A stretch of DNA of 63,975 nt, the filler included. It is 9 parts of 9 records of this genome, joined end to end, with 100 filler letters (N's around TTAATTAATTAA, not from the genome) between each part and the next. Parts side by side here need not be neighbours in the genome. Positions count along the whole stretch, not along the records: positions 39,381 to 44,944 come from SRR31156797_75247; positions 45,045 to 50,952 come from SRR31156797_75288; 7 more parts are not named here. One strand, written 5' to 3'. Shown one piece after another: positions 40,162-49,870 of the stretch. Numbering within the stretch: position 1 is the first letter of the stretch; each line of letters begins with the position of its first letter. The position numbers and the translations under genes were made by a program. The notes beneath the pieces were generated by a model. The model worked only from the letters and a program-made list of their open reading frames with translations, did no database searches and was not told the origin of the DNA.

Positions 40162-40884
40162 TTAACCCACTTTAGGGGTTCTGGTAATGGTTAATACCTG
40201 CCTTGGTGACTCCTGAAATGCACGGATAGTATTTAGCTTGAGCATTTCAAGTATCGCCATAAAGGTAATAATCACCTCATATTTACTACTGGCATCACTG
40301 AACAATTCAAAGAATGTCATCCTCTCAATATTTAGGAGCTTATTTCTGATATATTCCATACGCTGTTCAACGGTAATCTCCTCTCGATGTACATGGCGAA
40401 TCTGAGGAACTTCCTCCTCCTCTTCCATGTTAATTAGGATATTCTGCAGAGCTTCCTTAAGAGTATAAACACTGATACCGGATAAATCCAGCTCAACCTT
40501 TTCCTCTACTTCATCTGCCAGGCGATAAAACCTATTCTGAGCAATGCTGTGACTATCCTGCAGTTTCAGGCTGGCTTCCTTAAGTATTTTGTAATCCTCC
40601 AGCTGGCGGATTAGAAGCTGTTCCTGATCTTCCTCGTTTTCGTCCTCTATGCGCTTTTTGGGCAGGAGTTTTTTTGACTTAATCTCCAGAAGCCTAGTCG
40701 CCATATGAATAAATTCGCTTGCTCTGTCCATGTCGTCTTCCTCCAAGGCAGATACAAACTGAATATATTGTCCTGTAACTTTGGATACAAAAATATCCTT
40801 GATATCTATTTGAGCTTTGCTGATTAAATACAACAGTAAATCCAGCGGACCTTCAAACAGATCCAAATAAATATGATACGCCAT
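40162..40884 (-). CDS. scpA: Segregation and condensation protein A
   Basis: FEGPLDLLLYLI, ASEF..MA..L.IKSK.LLP and ITFMAILE motifs. Confidence 0.95.
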   Translation of the reverse strand: MAYHIYLDLFEGPLDLLLYLISKAQIDIKDIFVSKVTGQYIQFVSALEEDDMDRASEFIHMATRLLEIKSKKLLPKKRIEDENEEDQEQLLIRQLEDYKILKEASLKLQDSHSIAQNRFYRLADEVEEKVELDLSGISVYTLKEALQNILINMEEEEEVPQIRHVHREEITVEQRMEYIRNKLLNIERMTFFELFSDASSKYEVIITFMAILEMLKLNTIRAFQESPRQVLTITRTPKVG

Positions 40885-40885
40885 G

Positions 40886-41536
40886 CTAAATCCCCACAAC
40901 AAATCCTGTCAATGAATTAATGCCTTTGAAAATCAGATTAAATAAGCTCAATAGCGCATTGGTAGTAAAGGAAATATACATTCCCAAAACTCCCAGCATT
41001 GACAAAACTATCAATATCAAGAAGCCATATTTTCTGATATTTGCCAGTGTCTGATACTTGGAGTAGTGAATATTCTGTTCCAGTACTGAATATCCATCCA
41101 GCGGCGGAATAGGTATAATGTTAAATGCAAAAAGCATCAGATTAATCTGCAGGAGCGATACCAGCAGGTTGTAAATAACTTCGTTGGAATACAAATATTG
41201 CGCACCAAAAAATACCATTGCATATGTAACAAAGGCGAGAGCTAAGTTTGCCAAAGGTCCTGCCAGGGAAACCATAATAGTTGACTTTTTTCTGTTTGCA
41301 AAGTTATTTGGATTGATAAGCACAGGTTTCGCCCAGCCAAACCCAAGGAGTATAACCATCAGCAATCCTATCCAGTCTACGTGAGCTAATGGATTTAGGG
41401 TTAAGCGTCCGTTCATCTTCGGAGTTGGGTCTCCCAGCCTGTTTGCAGTGTATGCATGCATATATTCATGTACAGTAAATGCAATAATAATTGCAGGTAC
41501 ATTGTACATTATTCTCTCTAATGTAAGTAATCTCAA
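40886..41536 (-). CDS. Site-2 protease (M50) family protein
   Basis: HEYMH, GDPT, GWAKPV, AGPLAN and FNIIPIPPLDG motifs. Confidence 0.93.
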   Translation of the reverse strand: MRLLTLERIMYNVPAIIIAFTVHEYMHAYTANRLGDPTPKMNGRLTLNPLAHVDWIGLLMVILLGFGWAKPVLINPNNFANRKKSTIMVSLAGPLANLALAFVTYAMVFFGAQYLYSNEVIYNLLVSLLQINLMLFAFNIIPIPPLDGYSVLEQNIHYSKYQTLANIRKYGFLILIVLSMLGVLGMYISFTTNALLSLFNLIFKGINSLTGFVVGI

Positions 41537-41560
41537 TGTTGTACCTTTCTCTAGGACAGC

Positions 41561-43078
41561 CTAGCTATAGAAATCAATCGGATAAAATATTTCCTCAATA
41601 TCCAGTATCTCATCGTCAAGTATAGTAAACTCGTATACCAGCTTATCCAAAAGCTGCGGATTGTCATCATACATGCTGGCAATAGACGCTATATCCGAAA
41701 CATAGGGTGTGGATATATTCAGAGAAGTCGCTCTCCTCTTTTGAGTAACATTGGTCCAGTCCAGATATTTGAACCTTAAAGAGTCACGTGATAAAACATC
41801 TATATAGTATATACCCTGTTCATTATATAGCTCTTCTCTGGCTTCTTCAATAGGAATATTGTTATTTTTTGCATACATTTCGATTGCTTCCTGTTCTTCA
41901 TATACATGCACCAGACTTATTTTCATTGTTTTGCTGGTAGCATTAATCCACTTGATATAACCTTGGTATTTAACAGGAAGTGAATCATTTACCTCATTAT
42001 TTTTCAGGTTTAGGTAATATACGCTAGGCTCTTCGCCCTTTACAATTACAGTTTCAAAGAAGATAATATTGCGTGCAACACAAAGACTGTCGATACTATC
42101 GTATTCCAGCAGAGTCTGTTTCTCTCCTGTAGCAATACTATAGGAATAGATATAGCCTGTCTTTACAGAAGTGTAAATCAGATTATCACCTTTAAAATTC
42201 AGAGTGTTGCACGGCTCACTGACAACCACCATAGTGTTTTCACCATTTCTGTCCATTCGGACAACATTGTATGATGTATTCTCGCTTATATAGTATATCT
42301 GATCATCTGCTATGTTAATATCAGATGCTTTATCGTCGGTCAATTTAACAATCTCACCAGAGATAGTATCATATCTGTAGAGCTTATTCTCATCATCCGC
42401 ATTATCAAAATAAATATAATTATTATCAGGGTAAAGATTATTAGCGTTAAAAAACAGGCATACCTGATTTGTACCGCCTACTTGAGTTCTGTATACCATA
42501 CAGTTATTGCTCTCGCTGTAGGCGCAGGTATAGTACATGCTGTCACCTATAACAATCAAAGATTTGGCTCCGTCAATTAAGAGATATTCGGCTGATACAT
42601 TTTCCTGCTTTTTCACACGGTATATTCCACCGTCGTGATTAGATAAAAAGTACAGATAATCTCCTACACTATTTAAACAGGAAATATTCTGCATATCAAG
42701 AATATGCACTACATCCAGACCGTCTGTTGTCATAGAATATATTCCCTGATCGATATAATACACTCGGTTGTCATCATATACACATAGTCCGCCATTATTA
42801 ATATTGGCCCCTGTATTTCCTATTAGACTAGGTGCTGTGTAATCATAATTATACTCTTTATCTTCTGTAATAAATAAACCAGTATTGTCCTCTAGTGCAT
42901 TTGAAGAATCGGTTCCAAGCTGCTCTGTAGCCTCTGGTGTAATCTCTGGCTCAGGTGTGGGTGTGTACACAATTGGATTGGATGAACTGCACCCGCTACA
43001 AATAAATAAGATTATCAATATAAGTATATAAAAAGCCCTAACGGCTTGCTTTTTCGTTATTTCGTATTTGCATTTCAT
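41561..43078 (-). CDS. DUF5050-like beta-propeller lipoprotein
   Basis: Lipobox CSGC; GNTGANINNGG; repeated YIYF/IYY blades. Confidence 0.78.
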   Translation of the reverse strand: MKCKYEITKKQAVRAFYILILIILFICSGCSSSNPIVYTPTPEPEITPEATEQLGTDSSNALEDNTGLFITEDKEYNYDYTAPSLIGNTGANINNGGLCVYDDNRVYYIDQGIYSMTTDGLDVVHILDMQNISCLNSVGDYLYFLSNHDGGIYRVKKQENVSAEYLLIDGAKSLIVIGDSMYYTCAYSESNNCMVYRTQVGGTNQVCLFFNANNLYPDNNYIYFDNADDENKLYRYDTISGEIVKLTDDKASDINIADDQIYYISENTSYNVVRMDRNGENTMVVVSEPCNTLNFKGDNLIYTSVKTGYIYSYSIATGEKQTLLEYDSIDSLCVARNIIFFETVIVKGEEPSVYYLNLKNNEVNDSLPVKYQGYIKWINATSKTMKISLVHVYEEQEAIEMYAKNNNIPIEEAREELYNEQGIYYIDVLSRDSLRFKYLDWTNVTQKRRATSLNISTPYVSDIASIASMYDDNPQLLDKLVYEFTILDDEILDIEEIFYPIDFYS

Positions 43079-43226
43079 GCCGAATATTATAGCATAATTT
43101 GAGGATAATTTAAACAGTTATGACAATTAACAATTTATGTATAAAATTGGTATTAGTATGTGTGTTTATTATAATAAGCATTGAAAGTTTCCTAATACTT
43201 GTGGAACTTGATGATGTATTATTTCT

Positions 43227-43627
43227 TTATGGATTTTTAATCCTATATAATCTATGTTTTGATTCATATGGTTTTACAAATAGCTCATACTCATTATCAG
43301 TTAGCTTTCTGTCTAATTTTCTTGCTTGCCTCTCTCTATTTACAACACGACTTTGCAATACTTCACAGGGATAACTTACGCAATGACCACAATTTAATAT
43401 TTGTTTTGAGACAACGCATGCTCTCACAGGGCAATTACTATCAATAAGAATAGGCTTCTCACATGAAACACATCCCTCACATATTATCTTATCAGCTGAA
43501 ATATCAATATCAAATATCTCTTTCCATCCCTTGCTTAATTTCTCTCTTTGATCTATTATTTCTACTTTTTCTTATATGCTATGCAAAGGTCGCATCTGTA
43601 ACTGCATTTTGTGAGAACTTCTTTCAT
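43227..43627 (-). pseudogene. DUF3795-like Cys-rich protein with a single frameshift near 43565
   Basis: AAGGAG RBS, MKEVLTKCSYRCDLCIAYKKK*; the -1 frame continues VEIIDQREKLSKGW..CEGCVSC..CPVRAC..NCGHC..YPC. Confidence 0.75.
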
Positions 43628-43770
43628 CACATCACTCCTTTACTCAATACTCGATAGATAATTTATAGTCTTTAATATATTATCGGAATCATTTGGAATA
43701 TATTTACTATTATTGTATCATACAATATCTTTATTTGAACTAGAGTTTATTGCTCTTTACAAAATTAGGA

Positions 43771-44799
43771 TTAATATATTGTTTTGATTTCTGTACCTGT
43801 GTAATAATGTGTCAGTATATCATAGCAATTGTAGCCGCTCTTTGCCATCTCATTTGCTCCCCGCTGACTCATACCAACACCATGTCCATATCCTCGAGTT
43901 GTAATATTAACCACCATAGATGAAATAGTAATATCAAAATCTGATGATTTTAATTGAAAGAGTTCACGGAAATTACGACCTGTTAGTGTTACATCACCTA
44001 AGCAAATACTCTCTACCCTGCCTGATTCTGTGTGACTTATAATATTAATATTATCCTCTGCTGTATTAAGCATCAGATTTGCCTTGGGGTAGGCATTATT
44101 TATAATGCTAATAAATTCTGAAAGAGTATAGCCCACCTTATCCTGTACAATTCCTTCGTCATAACTTGATACACTCACCAAGTATGGCTTGTCACTGACG
44201 AAAACATTACCGCTGGCTTCGGTTCTCCCGTCGCTGCATGCGTGATACATGACCTCTATTGCTTCTCCTGAATATGTTATTATCTCTCCTGCCGTGGAGG
44301 AGACGCTTTCCTTAATAATTGTCAGCCATTTCTCATAATCATTTTCCCAGATTTTATACATATTTGCTTCTGTCAAGTAACCTTGTCCATGTGATGAATC
44401 TGTGCATATGTCGCACCCATAGCACCCTTCCCCCTTGCCCTGTTTGGTGTATGCCAGAGTCCTGCATGCAATCGCCTGAGCTTTCAGTGCCTCCATATCA
44501 AAGGAAGCTGGCATCTCGCCAGCTACTGAATGAATCACATAATCCTCTATGGACATTTCCTGCCGCATATTTTCATCATGATTGTACACCGATATTGTAG
44601 GAATATCGCTTTGCCCTGCTGATGATGCAGTCTCAGTAGGCTCTGCTGTAACTCCAGGCTCTGAATAAACCTCTTGATTTTTGCCTCTTCTTACTATACC
44701 AATTATAATAAGAAGTATAATCACAACAATAGATGCGATGTAAAAGACTCTTTTGTTATAGAAACTATTGCCTAAGCTGTAGTGCATAGTGTGCTCCAT
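43771..44799 (-). CDS. spoIID: Stage II sporulation protein D
   Basis: VAGEMPASF..EALKAQAIACRT, PYLVSVSS and GYGHGVGMSQRGA motifs. Confidence 0.92.
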   Translation of the reverse strand: MEHTMHYSLGNSFYNKRVFYIASIVVIILLIIIGIVRRGKNQEVYSEPGVTAEPTETASSAGQSDIPTISVYNHDENMRQEMSIEDYVIHSVAGEMPASFDMEALKAQAIACRTLAYTKQGKGEGCYGCDICTDSSHGQGYLTEANMYKIWENDYEKWLTIIKESVSSTAGEIITYSGEAIEVMYHACSDGRTEASGNVFVSDKPYLVSVSSYDEGIVQDKVGYTLSEFISIINNAYPKANLMLNTAEDNINIISHTESGRVESICLGDVTLTGRNFRELFQLKSSDFDITISSMVVNITTRGYGHGVGMSQRGANEMAKSGYNCYDILTHYYTGTEIKTIY

Positions 44800-44876
44800 G
44801 TGGAATTAATATATTAATTATATGATTTTGGAGAATGCATTATAACAAATCTACAAAAACCTCCCAATTATTAGTC

Positions 44877-44905
44877 TTGAAAAATGGATTGATAAGTACT
44901 ATAAT
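44877..44905 (+). promoter_or_regulatory. Sigma-70/SigA promoter divergent from spoIID
   Basis: TTGAAA-N17-TATAAT. Confidence 0.7.
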
Positions 44906-44944
44906 TATTACACCAAGTCGGCTCTCGTAGAGAGGCGACAAGCT

Positions 44945-45044
44945 NNNNNNNNNNNNNNNNNNNNNNNNNNNNNNNNNNNNNNNNNNNNTTAATTAATTAA
45001 NNNNNNNNNNNNNNNNNNNNNNNNNNNNNNNNNNNNNNNNNNNN
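44945..45044. other. Artificial contig linker
   Basis: N44-TTAATTAATTAA-N44. Confidence 0.99.
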
Positions 45045-45046
45045 TA

Positions 45047-45568
45047 GAATCTAAAACCACACTAGATAAATCTTCAAAAGTAGTAACAAAGGAACTAAAA
45101 AAAGAACCTGACCCAAGAATAAAAATTAAGCTTGAAGATAACACATCTAATACGTCTTCTAAGATAAAAGAAGAGATCAAGTCACCAATCATTAACGATG
45201 AAAAAGTTGAACTAAAAATATCTACAGATAAAGAAAACTTAGAACAGTCTAGTAATGAAATAAAAAAAGAACCCCAGATAGTAATAGATGATAATAAAGT
45301 TCTTAAAAAAGTAGAACCTACTAATAAAAGAAAAATAGAAGTAAAAACATTAATAGTAAGTGAAGAAATTGAAGTAAAATCAATAGATGACCTCAAAAAA
45401 ATCAAAAATGAACTACTTATTGACTATAAAAATAATAACTTTTTATTCCAAAACAACCAATATAAAAAAGGTGATTACTTAGGAAAATTTAAAGTTATTA
45501 AAGTTGAAGAAAAAAAGATTAGATTTAAAAAAGAGAATTCCCTTTACTATAGTTTAAGGTTTTACTAA
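45047..45568 (+). CDS. Hypothetical protein, 5' truncated, not in the ORF track; C-terminal PilP/TraP-like beta domain
   Basis: Open frame ESKTTLDK...FLFQNNQYKKGDYLGKFKVIKVEEKKIRF..FY*; TAATG overlap with the next gene. Confidence 0.7.
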   Translation, partial: ESKTTLDKSSKVVTKELKKEPDPRIKIKLEDNTSNTSSKIKEEIKSPIINDEKVELKISTDKENLEQSSNEIKKEPQIVIDDNKVLKKVEPTNKRKIEVKTLIVSEEIEVKSIDDLKKIKNELLIDYKNNNFLFQNNQYKKGDYLGKFKVIKVEEKKIRFKKENSLYYSLRFY

Positions 45569-45807
45569 TGAAGTTAGTATTTATTTTTAGCCTTTGTAGT
45601 AGTTTCCTATATGGTGTCTCATGTAAAGAGACTATAAAGTACTTTAACCAAGGGAGCTCAGACATTCAGCTACAAGAAATAAACTTACACTGTGTAGACG
45701 GCTATAAATTTAGAGTTTTGTCAGAGGTTAATACAAAAAGAATCTTAGAAATTGAAGATAACAAATATTTAAATAAAGGAAAAATAAATGAAAATAAAGA
45801 GAATTAG
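45568..45807 (+). CDS. Small exported hypothetical protein
   Basis: Hydrophobic N-terminus; overlaps both neighbours. Confidence 0.6.
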   Translation: MKLVFIFSLCSSFLYGVSCKETIKYFNQGSSDIQLQEINLHCVDGYKFRVLSEVNTKRILEIEDNKYLNKGKINENKEN

Positions 45808-46561
45808 TATATTTCTATTAGTTTTAGGACTTTCTATAAACTTATTTGCAAAAGAGATAGAAAGTTTTAAAAAAGGGTTTGCAATTGGTCTTGAAGCAGT
45901 TGAATATCAATTGAAAAATGAAGGTTATGAACCAAAAAAAATTCAATTAGAAAGCCCATTTATTGTAATAATGGATATAAAAAAAACACCAACAAATGAT
46001 ATTTTATATTTTCAACACTTATTAGCTAAAGATAGTATCAATAGTCTAATTACAAAAGATTTCTTATTGATAAAAGCTTTTGATAGAGAGCCTGATGCAA
46101 CTTCACTAAAAAAAATTATTGAATCAAAATATCCTGTAAAACTTGAAGTAAGGGAATTAACAAATGGAATAATAGAAACTTATCCAATTCTTTTTACAAG
46201 AACATTTGATAATGTAATATCATCTGTAACAAAAAAAGCTGATATTGCATATGTAAAAAAATATGAAACTCCACTACAAATTAGACTAGAAGAAGAAAAA
46301 AAACCAAAGAAAAAAATCAAGTATTTCAAAATTAAAAACAAGGCTATGTCTTATAAATATAAATATGATAAAAATACAGCCCCTCAATGTGAGCCATCTC
46401 AAATAAGATGTTTTGACTCTAAGCTTTTTTATGAAAATAAAATCTATAAAAAAGGTACTTCTTTTAAAAAAGGTGGCATTTATAAAACAAATGAAGGAGA
46501 ACTTTTTCAAAAAGTTCATAATACAAACTTATTCATTGATTTAAGTGATGTACAAAGATAA
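45788..46561 (+). CDS. Exported hypothetical protein
   Basis: Signal peptide MKIKRISIFLLVLGLSINLFA; AAGGA RBS. Confidence 0.8.
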   Translation: MKIKRISIFLLVLGLSINLFAKEIESFKKGFAIGLEAVEYQLKNEGYEPKKIQLESPFIVIMDIKKTPTNDILYFQHLLAKDSINSLITKDFLLIKAFDREPDATSLKKIIESKYPVKLEVRELTNGIIETYPILFTRTFDNVISSVTKKADIAYVKKYETPLQIRLEEEKKPKKKIKYFKIKNKAMSYKYKYDKNTAPQCEPSQIRCFDSKLFYENKIYKKGTSFKKGGIYKTNEGELFQKVHNTNLFIDLSDVQR

Positions 46562-46574
46562 AGAGGATAAATAA

Positions 46575-46874
46575 ATGAAAAAAACAACCTTTACTATATC
46601 TTTAATTTTTCTTTCTTTATCCTTATTTACAGGGTGTTCAAGTAAATATCAAACAAATAAACTTCCTGATGAAGAAAATATTAATCTTCCTAAAAAAGTT
46701 GAAAAAAAGAGATATTACTTAAATACTGAGATTAGAGAAGATTTCAAAACATATGTAATAAATGAGTTTAATCATGGAATTATAAAAAAAGAAACAAGAG
46801 AACAAGAAAATGGAACTAGTATTCCTAAAAACATTTGGTTTCATGGCTACGAGATAGATAAAAAAAGGTATTAA
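46575..46874 (+). CDS. Small lipoprotein (VirB7-like by size and position)
   Basis: Lipobox FTGC; 99 aa. Confidence 0.7.
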   Translation: MKKTTFTISLIFLSLSLFTGCSSKYQTNKLPDEENINLPKKVEKKRYYLNTEIREDFKTYVINEFNHGIIKKETREQENGTSIPKNIWFHGYEIDKKRY

Positions 46875-46876
46875 TA

Positions 46877-47866
46877 ATGATAAAACTATTACTTACAAGT
46901 ACTTTAGTTCTTTTGCCTACAATAATAAGTGCAAATACTGATATGCAAAATAATATTATCAAAACATCAGGAAACGGTAAATCAAATGTAATTGAATTAG
47001 ATGGTGCATTTCCACAAAAACAAAAAGAAGAAAAGTACTTATATGAAAAAGAGATTCTTCTAAACTACTATTTACAAAGACAAGGTGTAAGGTTTAAGGT
47101 AAGCGAAGGAGAGAAAAGAACTTTTATTACTGAAAAGAAAAAAGAAGATAACAATGATAATAATAATGAAGAAGAAAAAAATAATCTAGTTAGTGTAAAA
47201 GGATACTGTATTGTTGAAGAAACTGTTGATATAGGGAAACAACCTATGTCAGCAAACTTAAACTGCAATACAAATATTGGTCCTATTAAATTCTTTGGTA
47301 ACTATGTCCCCCATAATCCTATGGAAACACTTTTTGTTACAGGACTTCATATTGAAAAAAACAATAGAAAATATAAAATTGAAAATGCAAAAATTTTAAA
47401 TGAAAGTAGAAGTTCTTACAACGTAGCAACATATGTTAATAATAGAAAATTAGAAAAGGTAGCTCTCGAAAGTACAGCAAATAGTGCAATGGCAGTAAGA
47501 GAAGGGGCAAATGACTATCTTGAGCAACTTGAGCAAAGTAAAGTAGTTGAAGAAGCTTCTGTTGGAGAATCAACAATTGATAATACGGGTTCAGGAACAG
47601 TAATTGCACAACCCGTAGTAACAAAAAATACAAAAGAACCTGAGATTGAAGATTATCTTGTAAAAGGCGCAATTGATATTATTACAGGAACCGTTAAAGC
47701 TGTTGCAGATGTTTATAAATCTGACTTACCTTACCTTTACCAAATTGTTGGAGGAAGCAAATTATATGTTGATTTATATGTTAATCCAAAAGAAATGGCA
47801 CTAGATAATACAACAGAAAATAATATTAATAACAAAAACTATACTACTAAAAGTAAGGAGAAATAA
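46877..47866 (+). CDS. Putative VirB10/DotG/TraO-like outer-membrane core protein
   Basis: C-terminal beta domain with VATYVNNR, a helical insertion and terminal YQIVGGSKLYV, the layout of VirB10-family C-termini. Confidence 0.5.
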   Translation: MIKLLLTSTLVLLPTIISANTDMQNNIIKTSGNGKSNVIELDGAFPQKQKEEKYLYEKEILLNYYLQRQGVRFKVSEGEKRTFITEKKKEDNNDNNNEEEKNNLVSVKGYCIVEETVDIGKQPMSANLNCNTNIGPIKFFGNYVPHNPMETLFVTGLHIEKNNRKYKIENAKILNESRSSYNVATYVNNRKLEKVALESTANSAMAVREGANDYLEQLEQSKVVEEASVGESTIDNTGSGTVIAQPVVTKNTKEPEIEDYLVKGAIDIITGTVKAVADVYKSDLPYLYQIVGGSKLYVDLYVNPKEMALDNTTENNINNKNYTTKSKEK

Positions 47867-47869
47867 AAT

Positions 47870-48508
47870 ATGAAAAGAAATATATTACTGATATTAATCT
47901 CTTTTTCAACAATTCTATTTGCAGGAGAAAGTGAAGACTTCTATTATGATAGAGGATTTGAAAATGGGTATCAAAAAGGTCTTTTGAAGGGTCAAGAAGA
48001 AGCTTTTAATGATGCAAAAAAAATTCTTTCTGCATATAAAGATAGAATAAGAGCCTATGAAATAGGTAAATATCTTATTCAATCAAAGAGATTAACAGCA
48101 CCACAAGTTTATCAAGAATTAGATACTAAGGGTAATATAAAGATTGTAATTATTCCTTCTAAAATTCAACAAGAGCTAAATATTGAAGATATTTTTGAAG
48201 AGTTTAAAAATATTCCAAATCTACAATCATACCAAAAAGCAAACTTAAGTACTAAAAAACAAGATTTTAATGAGCTGAATTCTGTATATCTTTCGGATAG
48301 AGAACAGTATAAAGATATTATTCCTAATAGAGTAACTAAAAATTCACAAAGAGATATATTAAAAATTAAAAAATCAAGCTCAAATAGAGATGTTTTAAAT
48401 AGTGCTAATGTTGCATATGTTGAAAATCAAAATAACTATGAAGTTATATTTTTTACATCTCAAGAAAAAAGAGAGTTTTGTAAACAGTTTCACAACTTTT
48501 GTAAATAA
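47870..48508 (+). CDS. Exported hypothetical protein with GxxxG repeats
   Basis: Signal peptide; YDRGFENGYQKGLLKGQEEA. Confidence 0.8.
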   Translation: MKRNILLILISFSTILFAGESEDFYYDRGFENGYQKGLLKGQEEAFNDAKKILSAYKDRIRAYEIGKYLIQSKRLTAPQVYQELDTKGNIKIVIIPSKIQQELNIEDIFEEFKNIPNLQSYQKANLSTKKQDFNELNSVYLSDREQYKDIIPNRVTKNSQRDILKIKKSSSNRDVLNSANVAYVENQNNYEVIFFTSQEKREFCKQFHNFCK

Positions 48509-48519
48509 GGTACCAACCT

Positions 48520-49284
48520 ATGTCTAATGATAATGAAATAAAAGAAAAAGAGCCAATAAAACAACTGGCAAAAGATGAAACTACTTTATTTAAAGCTGAA
48601 AGAATTTTTGCAAAAAATTGGTTTATTATTGCATTAATTAGTTTTTCCGTAACATTTTATGCTTTATATGTTGCAGAGAAAACTGCACATGCTATAGAAA
48701 AGCTAGAGGATACGGTTTACACCAATAATCTTTATACTATCATGACAACTGTTGATGGAAGAAGTATTAAAGTAAAAAAGACTAGACTTGAAGCAAAATT
48801 CATAGAGAAATGGTTAGCAAAAACACTTGTAACAAACTTTATTGTTAGTAGAGCAGAATTAACACATAATTTTACTATAAATAAATTCTCCACACCAAAG
48901 GATGTTATCAAAAACTCATATAAATTACAATTTATATATACTGATTTAATATCAAAAAAAGATAAAAAAGCCCAGCAAGATTTAAGAACATATTTGTTTA
49001 AACTTCAGTCAATGTTGGGAGATGACACTATGCCTGAATTTATCACTATAAATAATTATGCTGTCGAATACTTTAAATTCAATGACAATAAATTTTCAAT
49101 GAAAGTAAATGTTTCTGTAGGAACTATAAATTATGATATTTCAAGAGATGAAAAATATGAAAAAAAAGGAACAATTCCAATTGAAGTAACTGGAAAAGTA
49201 AACTTATCTGAATCTACAGAGCTAAATCCATATGGTTTATTGATACAAAACTTTAAAATTGGAGTAATGACTAAAGCAAGATGA
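48520..49284 (+). CDS. VirB8/DotI-like inner-membrane T4SS protein
   Basis: Single N-terminal TM segment, periplasmic domain ending in NPYGLLIQNF (NPxG motif). Confidence 0.65.
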   Translation: MSNDNEIKEKEPIKQLAKDETTLFKAERIFAKNWFIIALISFSVTFYALYVAEKTAHAIEKLEDTVYTNNLYTIMTTVDGRSIKVKKTRLEAKFIEKWLAKTLVTNFIVSRAELTHNFTINKFSTPKDVIKNSYKLQFIYTDLISKKDKKAQQDLRTYLFKLQSMLGDDTMPEFITINNYAVEYFKFNDNKFSMKVNVSVGTINYDISRDEKYEKKGTIPIEVTGKVNLSESTELNPYGLLIQNFKIGVMTKAR

Positions 49285-49868
49285 AAATAATTTATACACT
49301 TATATTAACTATTTTATTTCAAAGTTCTCTTTTTGCATTTAGTGATCAATATATCGCTGATGCAATAAAAGAAATTTCTAAAAAAGAGAATATTGATATG
49401 AGAATTATTTATACAATTGTTCAAATTGAAAGTGATTTCCAACCATTTGCAATTAGTATGACAACTTCTAAAAAAAATGCAAAAGCATTTAAATCAATTA
49501 AAAATCCATATATAAAAATAAATGCAAGAGAATACAATCTAAATAAGGATAAATGGATTGTAAGCTTTTACCCAAAAAACTTAGCCTATGCAAAAGCATT
49601 AGCTAGAGCTTTTAAACAACAAAATTTTAGTTTTGATGTTGGTATTGCTCAAATCAATACTATTAACTTTAATATAGAAGAGATTGATTACATTTTCGAT
49701 CCTATCTATAACCTAACAAAAAGTTCAAAAGTATTAAAAGATTGTCAAAAAATAAAAAAAGATTTAAAAAATACTATCGAGTGCTATAACTTTGGTACAA
49801 AAAAAAGAGGTTCATACCCCTATTACAAAAAATTTGAAGCAACTTACTCAAAAAACTTTGGAGCTTAA
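49281..49868 (+). CDS. Lytic transglycosylase (SLT, VirB1-like)
   Basis: IVQIES.F.PFAI, FDVGIAQIN and CYN motifs; signal peptide. Confidence 0.88.
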   Translation: MKIIYTLILTILFQSSLFAFSDQYIADAIKEISKKENIDMRIIYTIVQIESDFQPFAISMTTSKKNAKAFKSIKNPYIKINAREYNLNKDKWIVSFYPKNLAYAKALARAFKQQNFSFDVGIAQINTINFNIEEIDYIFDPIYNLTKSSKVLKDCQKIKKDLKNTIECYNFGTKKRGSYPYYKKFEATYSKNFGA

Positions 49869-49870
49869 TT

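Noticed and set aside
44989-45405. 138-aa hydrophobic minus-strand ORF
   Set aside because: Antisense of a K/E-rich plus-strand gene; it runs into the linker.
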